NCBI GenBank assembly: GCA_963695895.1
Contig: CAVOIK010000015.1
Span: 38,400 to 102,399, forward strand
Reading direction: 5' to 3'
From: an uncultured delta proteobacterium
Lineage (GTDB): Bacteria > Desulfobacterota > BSN033 > UBA1163
DNA length: 64,000 nucleotides
Shown: positions 51,215-60,111 of the stretch, piece after piece
Numbering within the stretch: position 1 is the stretch's first letter
How the letters are laid out: every line of letters starts with the position of its first letter
Notes under the pieces: model-generated
What the model saw: the letters and a program-made list of their open reading frames with translations, nothing else
What the model was told of the DNA's origin: nothing
Databases searched by the model: none
Translations under genes and position numbers: made by a program

Positions 51215-52138
51215 CTAAAGCTCCTCGGGTGTAAATGCGACGACGTCGTCAATGGTGTGGGCATCCAGCATAACCATGACCAGGCGGTCCACTCCAAGGG
51301 CAATTCCTGCCGCCGGAGGCATGGCTTCCAGTTCCTTGAGAAATTTCTCCGGAAGAGGATAAGAGAGTTTGGACAGAGAACGGCGATAGGACTGTTCGGA
51401 CAGGAAGCGCTTCCTCTGCTCCTCCGCGTCGATCAATTCCGAGAAGGCATTGGCCAGCTCCAGGCCTCCGATGTAAAGCTCAAAGCGTTCCGCAAGAGAG
51501 GGATCCTCCTTCTTCAAACGGGCCAGGGCCGCTCGCTCAACCGGGTAGTCGTAGAGGAATGTTGGTTTGCTCCGTCCGAGATGAGGTTCGATTTCCTCGA
51601 CCATGATCTCATCAAAACAATGCTCGGCCAACGCTTTCTTCATTGGGGTGTGTGCGTACCGTTGAAACGCGTCGTCCACAGAGATCCTTTCCCAGGGAGG
51701 AGAGAGCTCGATCGTTTGGCCATGATAGCGGAGCGTTTCGCTCAGACCGAGGGTGGAAGCAACACGCTGGATGAGTGCCTCGCATTCCTCCATCAATCCG
51801 AGATAGTCACTGTTTGATCGATACCACTCCAGAAGAGTGAACTCCGGAGTATGTTGACTCCCTCGCTCTCCCTCTCGCCAACAGCGACAGATCTGAAAGA
51901 TCTTTTCATATCCAGCAGCCAGGAGGCGTTTCATGCAGAGTTCAGGCGATGTGTGGAGGAACCAAGAACCGGAAGGAACGGCATCGATATGGGACTCGGG
52001 AGCAGGAGCGGGAATCCGGTGGGGGGTTTCTACCTCGAAATATCCCTCATGAATAAAGAAGAGCCGGATGGCCTGAAGGATGTTAGCTCTTGCCCGAAGC
52101 GCACCCTGGCGTCTTACCAGAGTCCAGTTTTTCGCCAC
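51215..52138 (-). CDS. epmA: EF-P (R)-beta-lysine ligase EpmA (PoxA/GenX, truncated class II LysRS paralog)
   Basis: 307 aa with class II aaRS motifs (...FEVETPH..., ...RCWREGERGSQHTPEFTLLEWY..., GIALGVDRLVMVM); directly upstream of efp. Confidence 0.7.
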   Translation of the reverse strand: MAKNWTLVRRQGALRARANILQAIRLFFIHEGYFEVETPHRIPAPAPESHIDAVPSGSWFLHTSPELCMKRLLAAGYEKIFQICRCWREGERGSQHTPEFTLLEWYRSNSDYLGLMEECEALIQRVASTLGLSETLRYHGQTIELSPPWERISVDDAFQRYAHTPMKKALAEHCFDEIMVEEIEPHLGRSKPTFLYDYPVERAALARLKKEDPSLAERFELYIGGLELANAFSELIDAEEQRKRFLSEQSYRRSLSKLSYPLPEKFLKELEAMPPAAGIALGVDRLVMVMLDAHTIDDVVAFTPEEL

Positions 52139-52142
52139 GGAC

Positions 52143-52706
52143 TTATTCCTTTACTCGCGTCGAGTATTCACCCGTACGGGTGTCGATGGTGATCAATTCA
52201 CCTTCCTGGACGAAAGGGGGGATCCGAAGGACATAGCCGGTTTCAAGGGTGGCTGGCTTCGAATCGCTGCCCGACGTGTCCCCTTTGACCCAGATGTCAG
52301 TTTTGACTACCCTTAAATTGACGAAATTAGGCAGATCAACCCCAATGGCCTTATCCCTGAACATTAAGACTTTCACGTTGAGGTTCTCCTTGAGATAATG
52401 GCTTGCCTCTCCCAAGGCCTCTTCCGTGATGGTGATCTGTTCATAGGTCTGATTGTCCATGAAGTGGTAGTGGTGTTCTTCTTTGTAGAGATACTGCATT
52501 TCTCGCTCTTCGAGCAAGGCCGGCTCAAACGTGTCACCAGGACGGTAGGTCCTGTCGATGGCGATTCCCGTGATCATATTGCGGAGCTTGGTTCGATAGA
52601 GGGCTTGACCCTTTCCGGGTTTTGAAAAATCGAAGACGGTGACGACGTAAGGCTCACCGTCAATCACCACTTTCAGTCCTTTCTTCAGATCTGCGGATGT
52701 GTACAT
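52143..52706 (-). CDS. efp: elongation factor P
   Basis: 187 aa MYTSADLKKGLKVVIDGEPYVVTVFDFSKPGKGQALYRTKLRNMITG... (Lys in KPGKGQA loop). Confidence 0.85.
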   Translation of the reverse strand: MYTSADLKKGLKVVIDGEPYVVTVFDFSKPGKGQALYRTKLRNMITGIAIDRTYRPGDTFEPALLEEREMQYLYKEEHHYHFMDNQTYEQITITEEALGEASHYLKENLNVKVLMFRDKAIGVDLPNFVNLRVVKTDIWVKGDTSGSDSKPATLETGYVLRIPPFVQEGELITIDTRTGEYSTRVKE

Positions 52707-53055
52707 GAGTCCTCTTCCCCTTCACGATATTAGTAGGTTTCAATTTAACCCAAATCCACTGTTTTGTTAAGAGCATTTTTCTGAATCAAATAGAGCGTCA
52801 GTGAGGTATGAGTGCATAGGCCCAGGGGGCGGCCTATTGCCTTCCTCGCGGTGCACTATAGAAAGAGTGCTGTACTTGGAAGAACGCTTGGCTCGAGCGA
52901 TTACCGTCATGGAGATTATCAAGCTCAGTTCCACTTTCGAGGTACACCGCTCGCGCTTCAGATCGGCGGTTTTGTTCGAAATAATCGAATCCCGTCGGAG
53001 GCTTGAATTGACCTCCGAAAAGATGCATAACACAACCGTCTGAATGTGAGGGCAG

Positions 53056-54108
53056 ATGAAAAAACACGCAGACCTCTATCCTGTCTATTTGTTCTACGGC
53101 CCCGAGGACTTTCTCATGGAGGAGGAAATCGAGAGACTTCTCGAGAAAACCCTTTCGCCGAAGGAGAAAGGGTTGAATCTCCATGTCTTCAGTGCGGAGG
53201 AGCATAGTGCTCAAGAGATCGCCCAGGCGGCACAGACCCTTCCCATGTTCTCCCAGTACCGTTTTGTTCTGGTCAAAGAAGCGGACCAGTTGGAAGAGGA
53301 TAAAGTCAAGATCCTATTGAGGTACATCGAAAACCCTTCACCCAGTACCTGCCTCGTTCTCCAGGGTTTAACTCTGGGATCCTGGAGAGGCCACCAGGCC
53401 CAGATCGAGAAAGTCGGAAAAGTGGTTGAATATTCTCGGCTCCGAGGAAAATCACTTATGTCGTGGCTAAGAAACAAGATGGCTGAGAAGGGAAAGGCAC
53501 TTTCAGAGGCAGCGGCAGATTATCTGGTGGAGGTGGTTGGAGACAGTCTTTTTCATTTGGAAAGTGCTCTCGAGAAGGCTTTCCTCATGGTGGGAGAAAG
53601 ACGAACGGTTGAACTCTCCGATATCGAGGGAATGGTTGCCGATATCAAGTTGAGTACGGTCTTTGATCTGACGGATGCGATCAGCCGTCAGGATGTAGAG
53701 AAAGCACTTGGAGTTTTGGAGAAGGTCATGGGGTCGAAGGTTCTTTCCTTCAAAAAAGGTGAAGAGGCATCTAAGGTGGGCGATCCCATTCCGCTTCTCT
53801 TGAACATGATGGCTCGTCAATATCGGTTGATCTGGAGGGCCAAGGTCTTGAAGAGCCGGCAAGCCCCGCTCGGAGAGATGGTGAAAGAGTTGAGAATGTC
53901 CCAATGGATGGTCAAGAACCTCATCGATCAATCAAAGAACTTCTCAGAGTTTTCCCTCCGCGAAGGGATCCTGAAGTGCCATCGGACAGACCTTGCCGTG
54001 AAGCGAGGTCGTGGCCCGAAAGAACTGTTGATGGAAAAGTTGGTTATTGACCTATGCCATCCGAGCGAAGTGAAACTCCACGCCCTAAAGGGTGTAGCTT
54101 CCCGGTAA
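53056..54108 (+). CDS. holA: DNA polymerase III delta subunit HolA
   Basis: 350 aa MKKHADLYPVYLFYGPEDFLMEEEI...; conserved position after lptE. The last ~13 codons (SEVKLHALKGVASR*) are encoded by a REP element. Confidence 0.65.
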   Translation: MKKHADLYPVYLFYGPEDFLMEEEIERLLEKTLSPKEKGLNLHVFSAEEHSAQEIAQAAQTLPMFSQYRFVLVKEADQLEEDKVKILLRYIENPSPSTCLVLQGLTLGSWRGHQAQIEKVGKVVEYSRLRGKSLMSWLRNKMAEKGKALSEAAADYLVEVVGDSLFHLESALEKAFLMVGERRTVELSDIEGMVADIKLSTVFDLTDAISRQDVEKALGVLEKVMGSKVLSFKKGEEASKVGDPIPLLLNMMARQYRLIWRAKVLKSRQAPLGEMVKELRMSQWMVKNLIDQSKNFSEFSLREGILKCHRTDLAVKRGRGPKELLMEKLVIDLCHPSEVKLHALKGVASR

Positions 54109-54360
54109 GGTACTTTTATTTTCTATTGTGTCCCTTCCTGCCTGCCAGCAGGCAGGGACCCCGTCCTCAAGGGCGGGGCTTAGGGGGCACTTGCCGGTCA
54201 AGGGGAAGAAGAGTCTCCAGGTGAGCGGTAAAGCGAACCCGATGGGCCGTTGACCCGTTCGGCCGCGCCAATCCGCGTCTTTCAAGACGGAGTGAAGGAG
54301 CGCGGCTCAGGGTCAACCCTGAGCAAGCTCCGGCCTTTAGGCCGGGGAGTCGAAGGGTTG
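54068..54360. repeat. cluster of REP/BIME-like units (inverted long type-1 unit, plus a 'ctcagggtcaaccctgag' hairpin unit)
   Basis: Reverse complement of 54068-54215 aligns with 41840-41966. 54306-54360 ctcagggtcaaccctgagcaagctccggcctttaggccggggagtcgaagggttga recurs at 61935-62045. Confidence 0.55.
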
Positions 54361-54362
54361 AT

Positions 54363-54629
54363 TTAGGCCTTCAGCGCATTGACCCCTCGGGTCAACCTGG
54401 AGATTTTTCTCGCGGACGTGTTCTTATGGAAAACACCTTTGGAACGGGCCCTGTGAATCAAAGGAACAGCTTTGGCAAGTGCCTGTTGGGCACCTTCAAT
54501 ATCCTTCTTCTCAATGGCTAACCTCACCTTCTTAACATGAGTTGCCACTGCAGTTTTCACATGAGCGTTTCGAACTTTCCTTTTCTTGTTCTGTCTGGCC
54601 CGCTTGATGGCCGATGGATGACTTGCCAA
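54363..54629 (-). CDS. rpsT: 30S ribosomal protein S20
   Basis: 88 aa MASHPSAIKRARQNKKRKVRNAHVKTAV... Confidence 0.85.
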   Translation of the reverse strand: MASHPSAIKRARQNKKRKVRNAHVKTAVATHVKKVRLAIEKKDIEGAQQALAKAVPLIHRARSKGVFHKNTSARKISRLTRGVNALKA

Positions 54630-54759
54630 CGTTTAACCCCTTTCTGTGAAGTTTATTGATTTTTCTAACATTTTCATTTAGCGTGTGTCAAGTTTTGCTT
54701 CCTTTTCCCGTCACATGGATAAGGAGTAGAGGCGATAGATCAAGAGGAGAACGTCCAGT

Positions 54760-54886
54760 CGCGGGCAAGTCGGCTGGATGCCCCGCCTTGTACGCGGGGA
54801 GGAAGATCGACCCTGTCATCATATCTACATTACCCGGAAGCCCCGCCCTGTGCCTGCCTGCGGTAGGCAGGGACGGGGAGCTTCAC
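54760..54886. repeat. REP/BIME-like mosaic unit immediately 5' of murJ
   Basis: gggcaagtcggctggatgccccgccttgtacgcggggaggaagatcgaccctgtcatcatatctacattacccggaagccccgccctgtgcctgcctgcggtaggcagggacggggagcttcac; same architecture at 61716-61850. Confidence 0.6.
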
Positions 54887-54892
54887 TGTCCT

Positions 54893-56416
54893 ATGACTGA
54901 ACAACACAAGATTACCAGAGCAGCCACCACGATCGGGACCGGAACGCTTCTCAGTCGTATCCTGGGATTTCTGAGGGATATGGTTATTGCCAATTTCTTT
55001 GGGGCCGGGATGGCAGCAGACGCTTTTTTTGTCGCTTTTCGCCTTCCCAATCTCTGGAGGAGATTGGTCGGAGAGGGGTCGATGACCATCTCCTTTATCC
55101 CCGTCTATACGGAGTACCTGACGCAGCGTTCAGAGGAAGAATCGAGGGAACTGACCCACATCGCCTTTACGTTGGCTGGGACTCTCTTGGCCATCCTCAC
55201 CATTCTGGGCGTCGTTTTTGCGCCCCTCCTCGTACGGATCATTGCACCAGGATGGGTGAGAAAATCCCCAGAAACATTCCAACTGACGGTAACGTCTTAG
55301 TCAGGATCATCTTTCCCTATATCTTCTTCATGGGCTTGTTTGCTCTGGCCATGGGGATACTGAATTCCCGCAGGCATTTTTTCGCCCCCTCTCTTGCTCC
55401 GGTCTTTCTCAACATCTGCATGATTCTGTCTGTTCTGCTATTTTTTTTCCATTTAAAACCACCTGTGTTGACTCTTGCCTTCGGAGTTCTTGCCGGGGGT
55501 GTTCTGCAGTTCTTGTTTCAGATCCCTTTTTTGTCGAAGAAGGGGATCACCTTTCGATTCAACTTTGATGTCAGGCATCCCGCCATTCGACGAATCGGGC
55601 TTCTCATGGTTCCGGGTCTGATCGGGACGGCGGTCTATCAACTCAACGTCTTTATCGATACGATCTTTGCTTCCTTTTTGCCCGGCGGAAGCGTTTCCTA
55701 TCTTTACTTTGCGGACCGACTCATGGAGTTTCCCCTCGGGATCTTTGCAGTCGCCATGGGGGTGGCTGCCCTCCCCAGTCTTTCAGAACTGGCCTCTAGG
55801 GGAAGGAAAGAGGAGCTGAGCGAAACCGTTTCGTTTGCGTTTCGGCTCGTTTCCTTTATCAGTGTTCCTGCACTGGTAGGGTTGATTGCCTTGAAGACGC
55901 CTATCATCAACCTTCTCTTCCAGAGGGGAGTTTTCGACGAACATGCGACCCAGATGACGGCGAGAGCTCTGCTCTGCTATTGCGTGGGACTCTGGGCCAT
56001 CGCCGGAGTGAGGACCGTTGTCCCCGCCTTCTATGCCCTCCAGGATACGAAGACCCCTTTGAAGATTGGACTGATTTGCTTGGGCGCAAATGTTGTCCTG
56101 AATGCCGCTCTTGATCGTTCCTCTCCAGCATGCTGGGTTAGCCCTTGCCACCAGTCTTTCATCTTTCCTGAACCTCGTTCTTCTGTCGAGGAAACTGAGA
56201 GAAGCCCTGGGAAAGATCGACTTCAGGAAGGATATCAAATCTCTAATGCGACACTTTGCCTGCAGCGTGCCCATGGGGTTGGCGGCCTATCTGATTTGTT
56301 CTTCTGGAGACTGGACCCAGGCGGGCCGCAGCCTGCCCAAGCTTTTTCTTCTGATGATTGGAATCGTTGTCGGAGCAGGCGTCTACCTGGCGTGCTCTTA
56401 CTGGACGAAAGAATGA
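54893..56416 (+). pseudogene. murJ: lipid II flippase MurJ (MviN) with two apparent frameshifts (~55297 and ~56113)
   Basis: MTEQHKITRAATTIGTGTLLSRILGFLRDMVIANFFGAG...PETFQLTVT / LVRIIFPYIFFMGLFALAMGILNS...GLICLGANVVLNAAL / IVPLQHAGLALATSLSSFLNLVLLSRKLRE...YLACSYWTKE*. Confidence 0.7.
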
Positions 56417-56491
56417 AGAGATGCTGTTCTTGTTGAAGATGGTGAAAAGGAAGAGGCGACCCTGAAGAGCAGGAAGGGACCGTTCCTTGCT

Positions 56492-57652
56492 ATGATAGAA
56501 AAGGCTGCAGATGTTGTCATCGTCGGCGGAGGGGTCATCGGAGCAAGCATTGCCTACCACCTTGCCATGAGAAAGGCGGGCAGGGTGCTTCTGCTCGAAA
56601 AAGGGCAGCTCGGCGAGGGTTCCACGAGTCGCTGTGTCGGGCGGAATCCGAACCCAATTCTCCACCGAGATCAATCTCCTGTTCTCTCTGGAATCCTTGA
56701 AAACCTTTGAGCAGTTTCAAGACGAATTTGGCGTCGATCCTGAATTCAGGCGCATCGGCTATCTCTTCCTGGCGACGATCACCCATTGAGATGAAAATAT
56801 TTAAGGAAAACGTTATAGTTGCAGAGAAAATATGATATCCCTGTTGAACTTTTGAACGGCGATGAGATCAAGAGAAGGTGGCCCTACTTGAGGACGGACG
56901 ACATCGTGGGCGGAACCTTCTGCCCCTGGGATGGGTATGCGGGCCGAGTGAGGTTCTGTCAGGATTTGCCGCTGCCGCGAGAAGGGCGGGGGTAAAGATT
57001 CATGAAGGGGTTGAAGCCGTCGGGATTCAAGTGAAGGGAGGAAAGGTCGAGTCCGTCACCACAAAAGAAGGGGAAATCTCAACGCGTGTTGTCGTGAATG
57101 CGGCAGGTCCCCACGCCGCCGCAGATTGGAGCGATGGCAGGCGTGGACGTTCCCGTCAAACCCCTCCGAAGGCAGATCTTCGTCACAGCACCTTTTCGGC
57201 TCACGGACCAGGCGATCCCATTAACCATCGATTTTCACAGGGGCTGGTATTTTCGTCAGGAAGTGGACGGTTACCTTCTTTCAGGGCCTCTGGACAAGGA
57301 GCCAAGCTTCAACCTCACTCTTGACTATGAAGCCATGGCAGAGGCTGTTGACCACGCAATCTATCGTGTCCCAACACTGGAGAATGCCCGGATTGCAAGA
57401 GGATGGGCAGGACTTTATGAGATTTCTCCTGACCATCATGCCATCCTGGGAAGGGTGCCTGAAGTCGAAGGCTTCATTCTGGCAAACGGGTTCAGTGGTC
57501 ACGGATTTCAACATAGTCCTGCGGTGGGAAAAGTGATTGCAGAACTCATCGTGGATGGGAAGGCGACGACCATCGACATTTCACCCCTCTCTATTGAGCG
57601 CTTTTCGAGAGGCGAACTTATTCAAGAGTCCATGACCGCCTTCAAGGATTGA
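56492..57652 (+). pseudogene. FAD-dependent oxidoreductase (DAO/sarcosine-oxidase-beta/ThiO-like), five frameshifts in 1.16 kb (~56639, ~56784, ~56833, ~56935, ~57122)
   Basis: MIEKAADVVIVGGGVIGASIAYHLA...GSTSRCV / GGIRTQFSTEINLLFSLESLKTFEQF...GYLFLATIT / IEMKIFKENVIVAEKI / DIPVELLNGDEIKRRWPYLRTDDIVGGTFCPWDGYAG / PSEVLSGFAAAARRAGVKIHEGVEAVGI...VVVNAAGPHAA / QIGAMAGVDVPVKPLRRQIFVT...ANGFSGHGFQHSPAVGK. Confidence 0.6.
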
Positions 57653-57990
57653 TTTTAGGATTCTGACCATAGGTCGTTCGTTTATTTTCTATCACGCGTA
57701 AACAGCCATGATCTTTCCAAAGCAGGGGCTTCGTGTCTGGATTATATCCGTTGGAGTGATCTTTAGAGAAGATTGTCAAAAACTATTCCTGCCAGGCTGC
57801 TCAAAAAGGCAGCAGATGCAAGTTGAGCCTTGCGAAATCCCGTTCGCGGGAGCGCCCGAAATCCTGAGAGTGGCGTCGCGACGAATAAGGAGCGACTTCT
57901 TGCCACGCCGGCGAGTTGGTGAGCCGGCCAGAGGCGTACTTCAGGGGAAACGCCGCAGATGAGTCTTTTGGGGCAGCCTGAGAGATATTA

Positions 57991-60111
57991 CTACCGTGCG
58001 ACGGACTGCTGCACTGCCGTGACGATTTCCTTCTGAAAATTGTCGTAGGCTGCCTTAAACTCAGCAAGGGTCTTCTGAACCGGGCCAAACTTGGGCCACT
58101 CCTCCGGTTTCAAGCCCTCCTTCCCGAAGTCTCCTACGATTCCCGCCGACTTGAAGATACCTGCCAGTTCAGGGTTGATGTCGTAGGCCTTGCAGAAGTC
58201 ATCGATCTGTCTCAACCGCTGCAGAAACTGAGGTGGAAAGGTCTTCGAAATCGAGGATTCGTACTCCTTCAGCCTGAAGTGGTCCGTTTCAGACAGGGTC
58301 CTCACATTTTCCTGGTGGTCCGGAAACTCCGTGTGAACCATGTTCTTTGAGGCAAGGGTCCAATAGGTATCGAAAGGCTTCCGCTTGGAAGCTGGGAGAT
58401 AGTGGATTCGGTCGAGAATCAGCTTGGCTTGAGCTTGGGTCACTCCGTATTTCTTGCGCAGGTAACGAGCCCAACGGGGTCGATTCCTGGGAGAGAAGAA
58501 GATCGACCACACCCTTCTGGCGACGAAGGTCCCTGATCGGCCGATGGCCTCCTCCCAATCCAGGAGGTCCTGCTTGGAAGCAACATCCGCAAGGGCTTCG
58601 CAGACCGGTTCATTGATGGTTCGTTGATTGGCAAAACGTGTGGCGGCGACAACCTTTTCTTGGTAAGTGCTGGCTTTGGCCACCTTGTCCTTGGTTCCGT
58701 TGGCTCCGGCCAAGTGCTCGACCTTTTCGATGGCCTTTTGTTCTCCAACTTTCTTCTTCAATTCCTGAAAGAGCTCTTCGAGCTTAACCTCTCTGAGATG
58801 GCTCTCCAAGCGGCCACCCATGTTGGTCATGTAAAGCTGGGTCGGCTGAATTCCTTTCCTGAGGGCGCCTGCCATTCCTTCCATTTCGTCGAGGATCAGT
58901 GTGGCCTCTTGACTCACCGTGTAATCCACCGTGATGTTCGATCCGAAACCAAAGCGATTGATGGCTCGGGTGATGGTTCTTGCCGCGGGCGTTGTCGCAG
59001 CCACCTTGATCACGATGTTGGGTCTTCCTCTTTCAACCTCAGTACGGTACCCCGCCAGCAGGTAGCGGTCATACAGGGAGAGATTCTCCGAAGCGAGGGA
59101 AAAGGCCTTGAAGACGTCGCGAACACTTTCATCGACGAGGTGAGCAATGTTTGGGTTCAATTGAAAGCTGACCACTCCTCCACCTGACATCTCCCGAAGG
59201 TTGAAGAAGATGGGCCGGAAGACGTGGAGGTTGTCCCAAAGGGCAAGAAGTGTTGCGAAGAGGGTAATCTCTTCTCCGTGAAGAGATGGAGCCACTGACC
59301 ATTCGTGGAAGTTGGGATGACGTTTCAGCTCATCGCGGAAAATGGCCATAAGATCGGGTTCGTCCTGATAGGCTCTGGCTGCCAGGACAGGATTGGTAGA
59401 CACCTGCTCATAGCCGAGGTGTCTTAGCCATCTCAGCCCAAGAGCATAATCATTGCCGAACTTGCACTTTCCCTCCTTGACCATTCGGTAGTAGATATTT
59501 CCTTTGATTTCCACCTCGGCCTTCTTGAGAAGGGCGACCGCCACATTCTTCTGAAAATCGAGACCGCTCTCAATACGCGAGGCGGTTTTTGCAACCATGC
59601 TGTTCCCCTTCTGGACTTTCTTCATTCTGGCCAACCACTTCCGGATGACGGCCGAGGCCACAGAAGTCTCGCCTTCTTCTCTTTCGAGATTCTCCCACTC
59701 ATCCAGGGTGTTCCAAATGAATTCAAGGCATTCCTTCTTTTCTCGCTCACGGAGCCAGCGGCTCTCGAGCCCACAGAAATTGAGCCCCATTTCGGTCAAC
59801 GCCTCGTAAGCATACTGTCGGAAACGGACTTTTTCCTTCCAAGCCTCTTCGCTCTCCCCTTGGATGGGTTTGGCCGATGAAAAGAGAACATTCAATTGCC
59901 GGATGACTCCTGTGACCGTTCGAGACAACACGCCGTTCATCTCGGGGAAAAGAAGGTGATCGGCCGCCAGACAGGTCTGCCCCATTTGAACGAGTTGACA
60001 GATGTGAGCCACATGATCATCGGAAATGGGCGGTCTAGCCTCCAGCGAGAGCCTTTCCGGGATGCTCGAGCTGACAACCTGGTCCATCATGGGTTGGGCT
60101 AACTTCGTCAT
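57991..60111 (-). CDS. large (706 aa) transaldolase-fold domain protein with uncharacterised N- and C-terminal extensions
   Basis: Central region aligns to transaldolase: VSTNPVLAARAY (TTNPSL), GGVVSFQLNPNIAHL, NIVIKVAATTPAARTI (Schiff-base Lys region, cf. RILIKLASTWQGI), GSNITVDYTVSQEA (NCNLTLLFSFAQA). About 220 aa N-terminal and 290 aa C-terminal have no recognised domain. Confidence 0.5.
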   Translation of the reverse strand: MTKLAQPMMDQVVSSSIPERLSLEARPPISDDHVAHICQLVQMGQTCLAADHLLFPEMNGVLSRTVTGVIRQLNVLFSSAKPIQGESEEAWKEKVRFRQYAYEALTEMGLNFCGLESRWLREREKKECLEFIWNTLDEWENLEREEGETSVASAVIRKWLARMKKVQKGNSMVAKTASRIESGLDFQKNVAVALLKKAEVEIKGNIYYRMVKEGKCKFGNDYALGLRWLRHLGYEQVSTNPVLAARAYQDEPDLMAIFRDELKRHPNFHEWSVAPSLHGEEITLFATLLALWDNLHVFRPIFFNLREMSGGGVVSFQLNPNIAHLVDESVRDVFKAFSLASENLSLYDRYLLAGYRTEVERGRPNIVIKVAATTPAARTITRAINRFGFGSNITVDYTVSQEATLILDEMEGMAGALRKGIQPTQLYMTNMGGRLESHLREVKLEELFQELKKKVGEQKAIEKVEHLAGANGTKDKVAKASTYQEKVVAATRFANQRTINEPVCEALADVASKQDLLDWEEAIGRSGTFVARRVWSIFFSPRNRPRWARYLRKKYGVTQAQAKLILDRIHYLPASKRKPFDTYWTLASKNMVHTEFPDHQENVRTLSETDHFRLKEYESSISKTFPPQFLQRLRQIDDFCKAYDINPELAGIFKSAGIVGDFGKEGLKPEEWPKFGPVQKTLAEFKAAYDNFQKEIVTAVQQSVAR

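Noticed and set aside
52720-53055. 350-nt efp-holA divergent spacer with 80-aa ORF (52801-53043) and GC-rich segments; considered for a tRNA, ncRNA or small protein
   Set aside because: No tRNA T-loop or anticodon-arm pattern, no match to RNase P, SRP or tmRNA consensus boxes, and the ORF has no recognisable motif. Most simply a divergent promoter region; left unannotated.
57653-57990. GC-rich 340-nt convergent spacer (ggagcgcccgaaatcctgagagtggcgtcgcgacg...) examined as a riboswitch (TPP-like 'ctgaga')
   Set aside because: It lacks the other conserved TPP, cobalamin or SAM riboswitch boxes and lies 3' of both flanking genes, so it is more likely bidirectional terminator structure. Not called.
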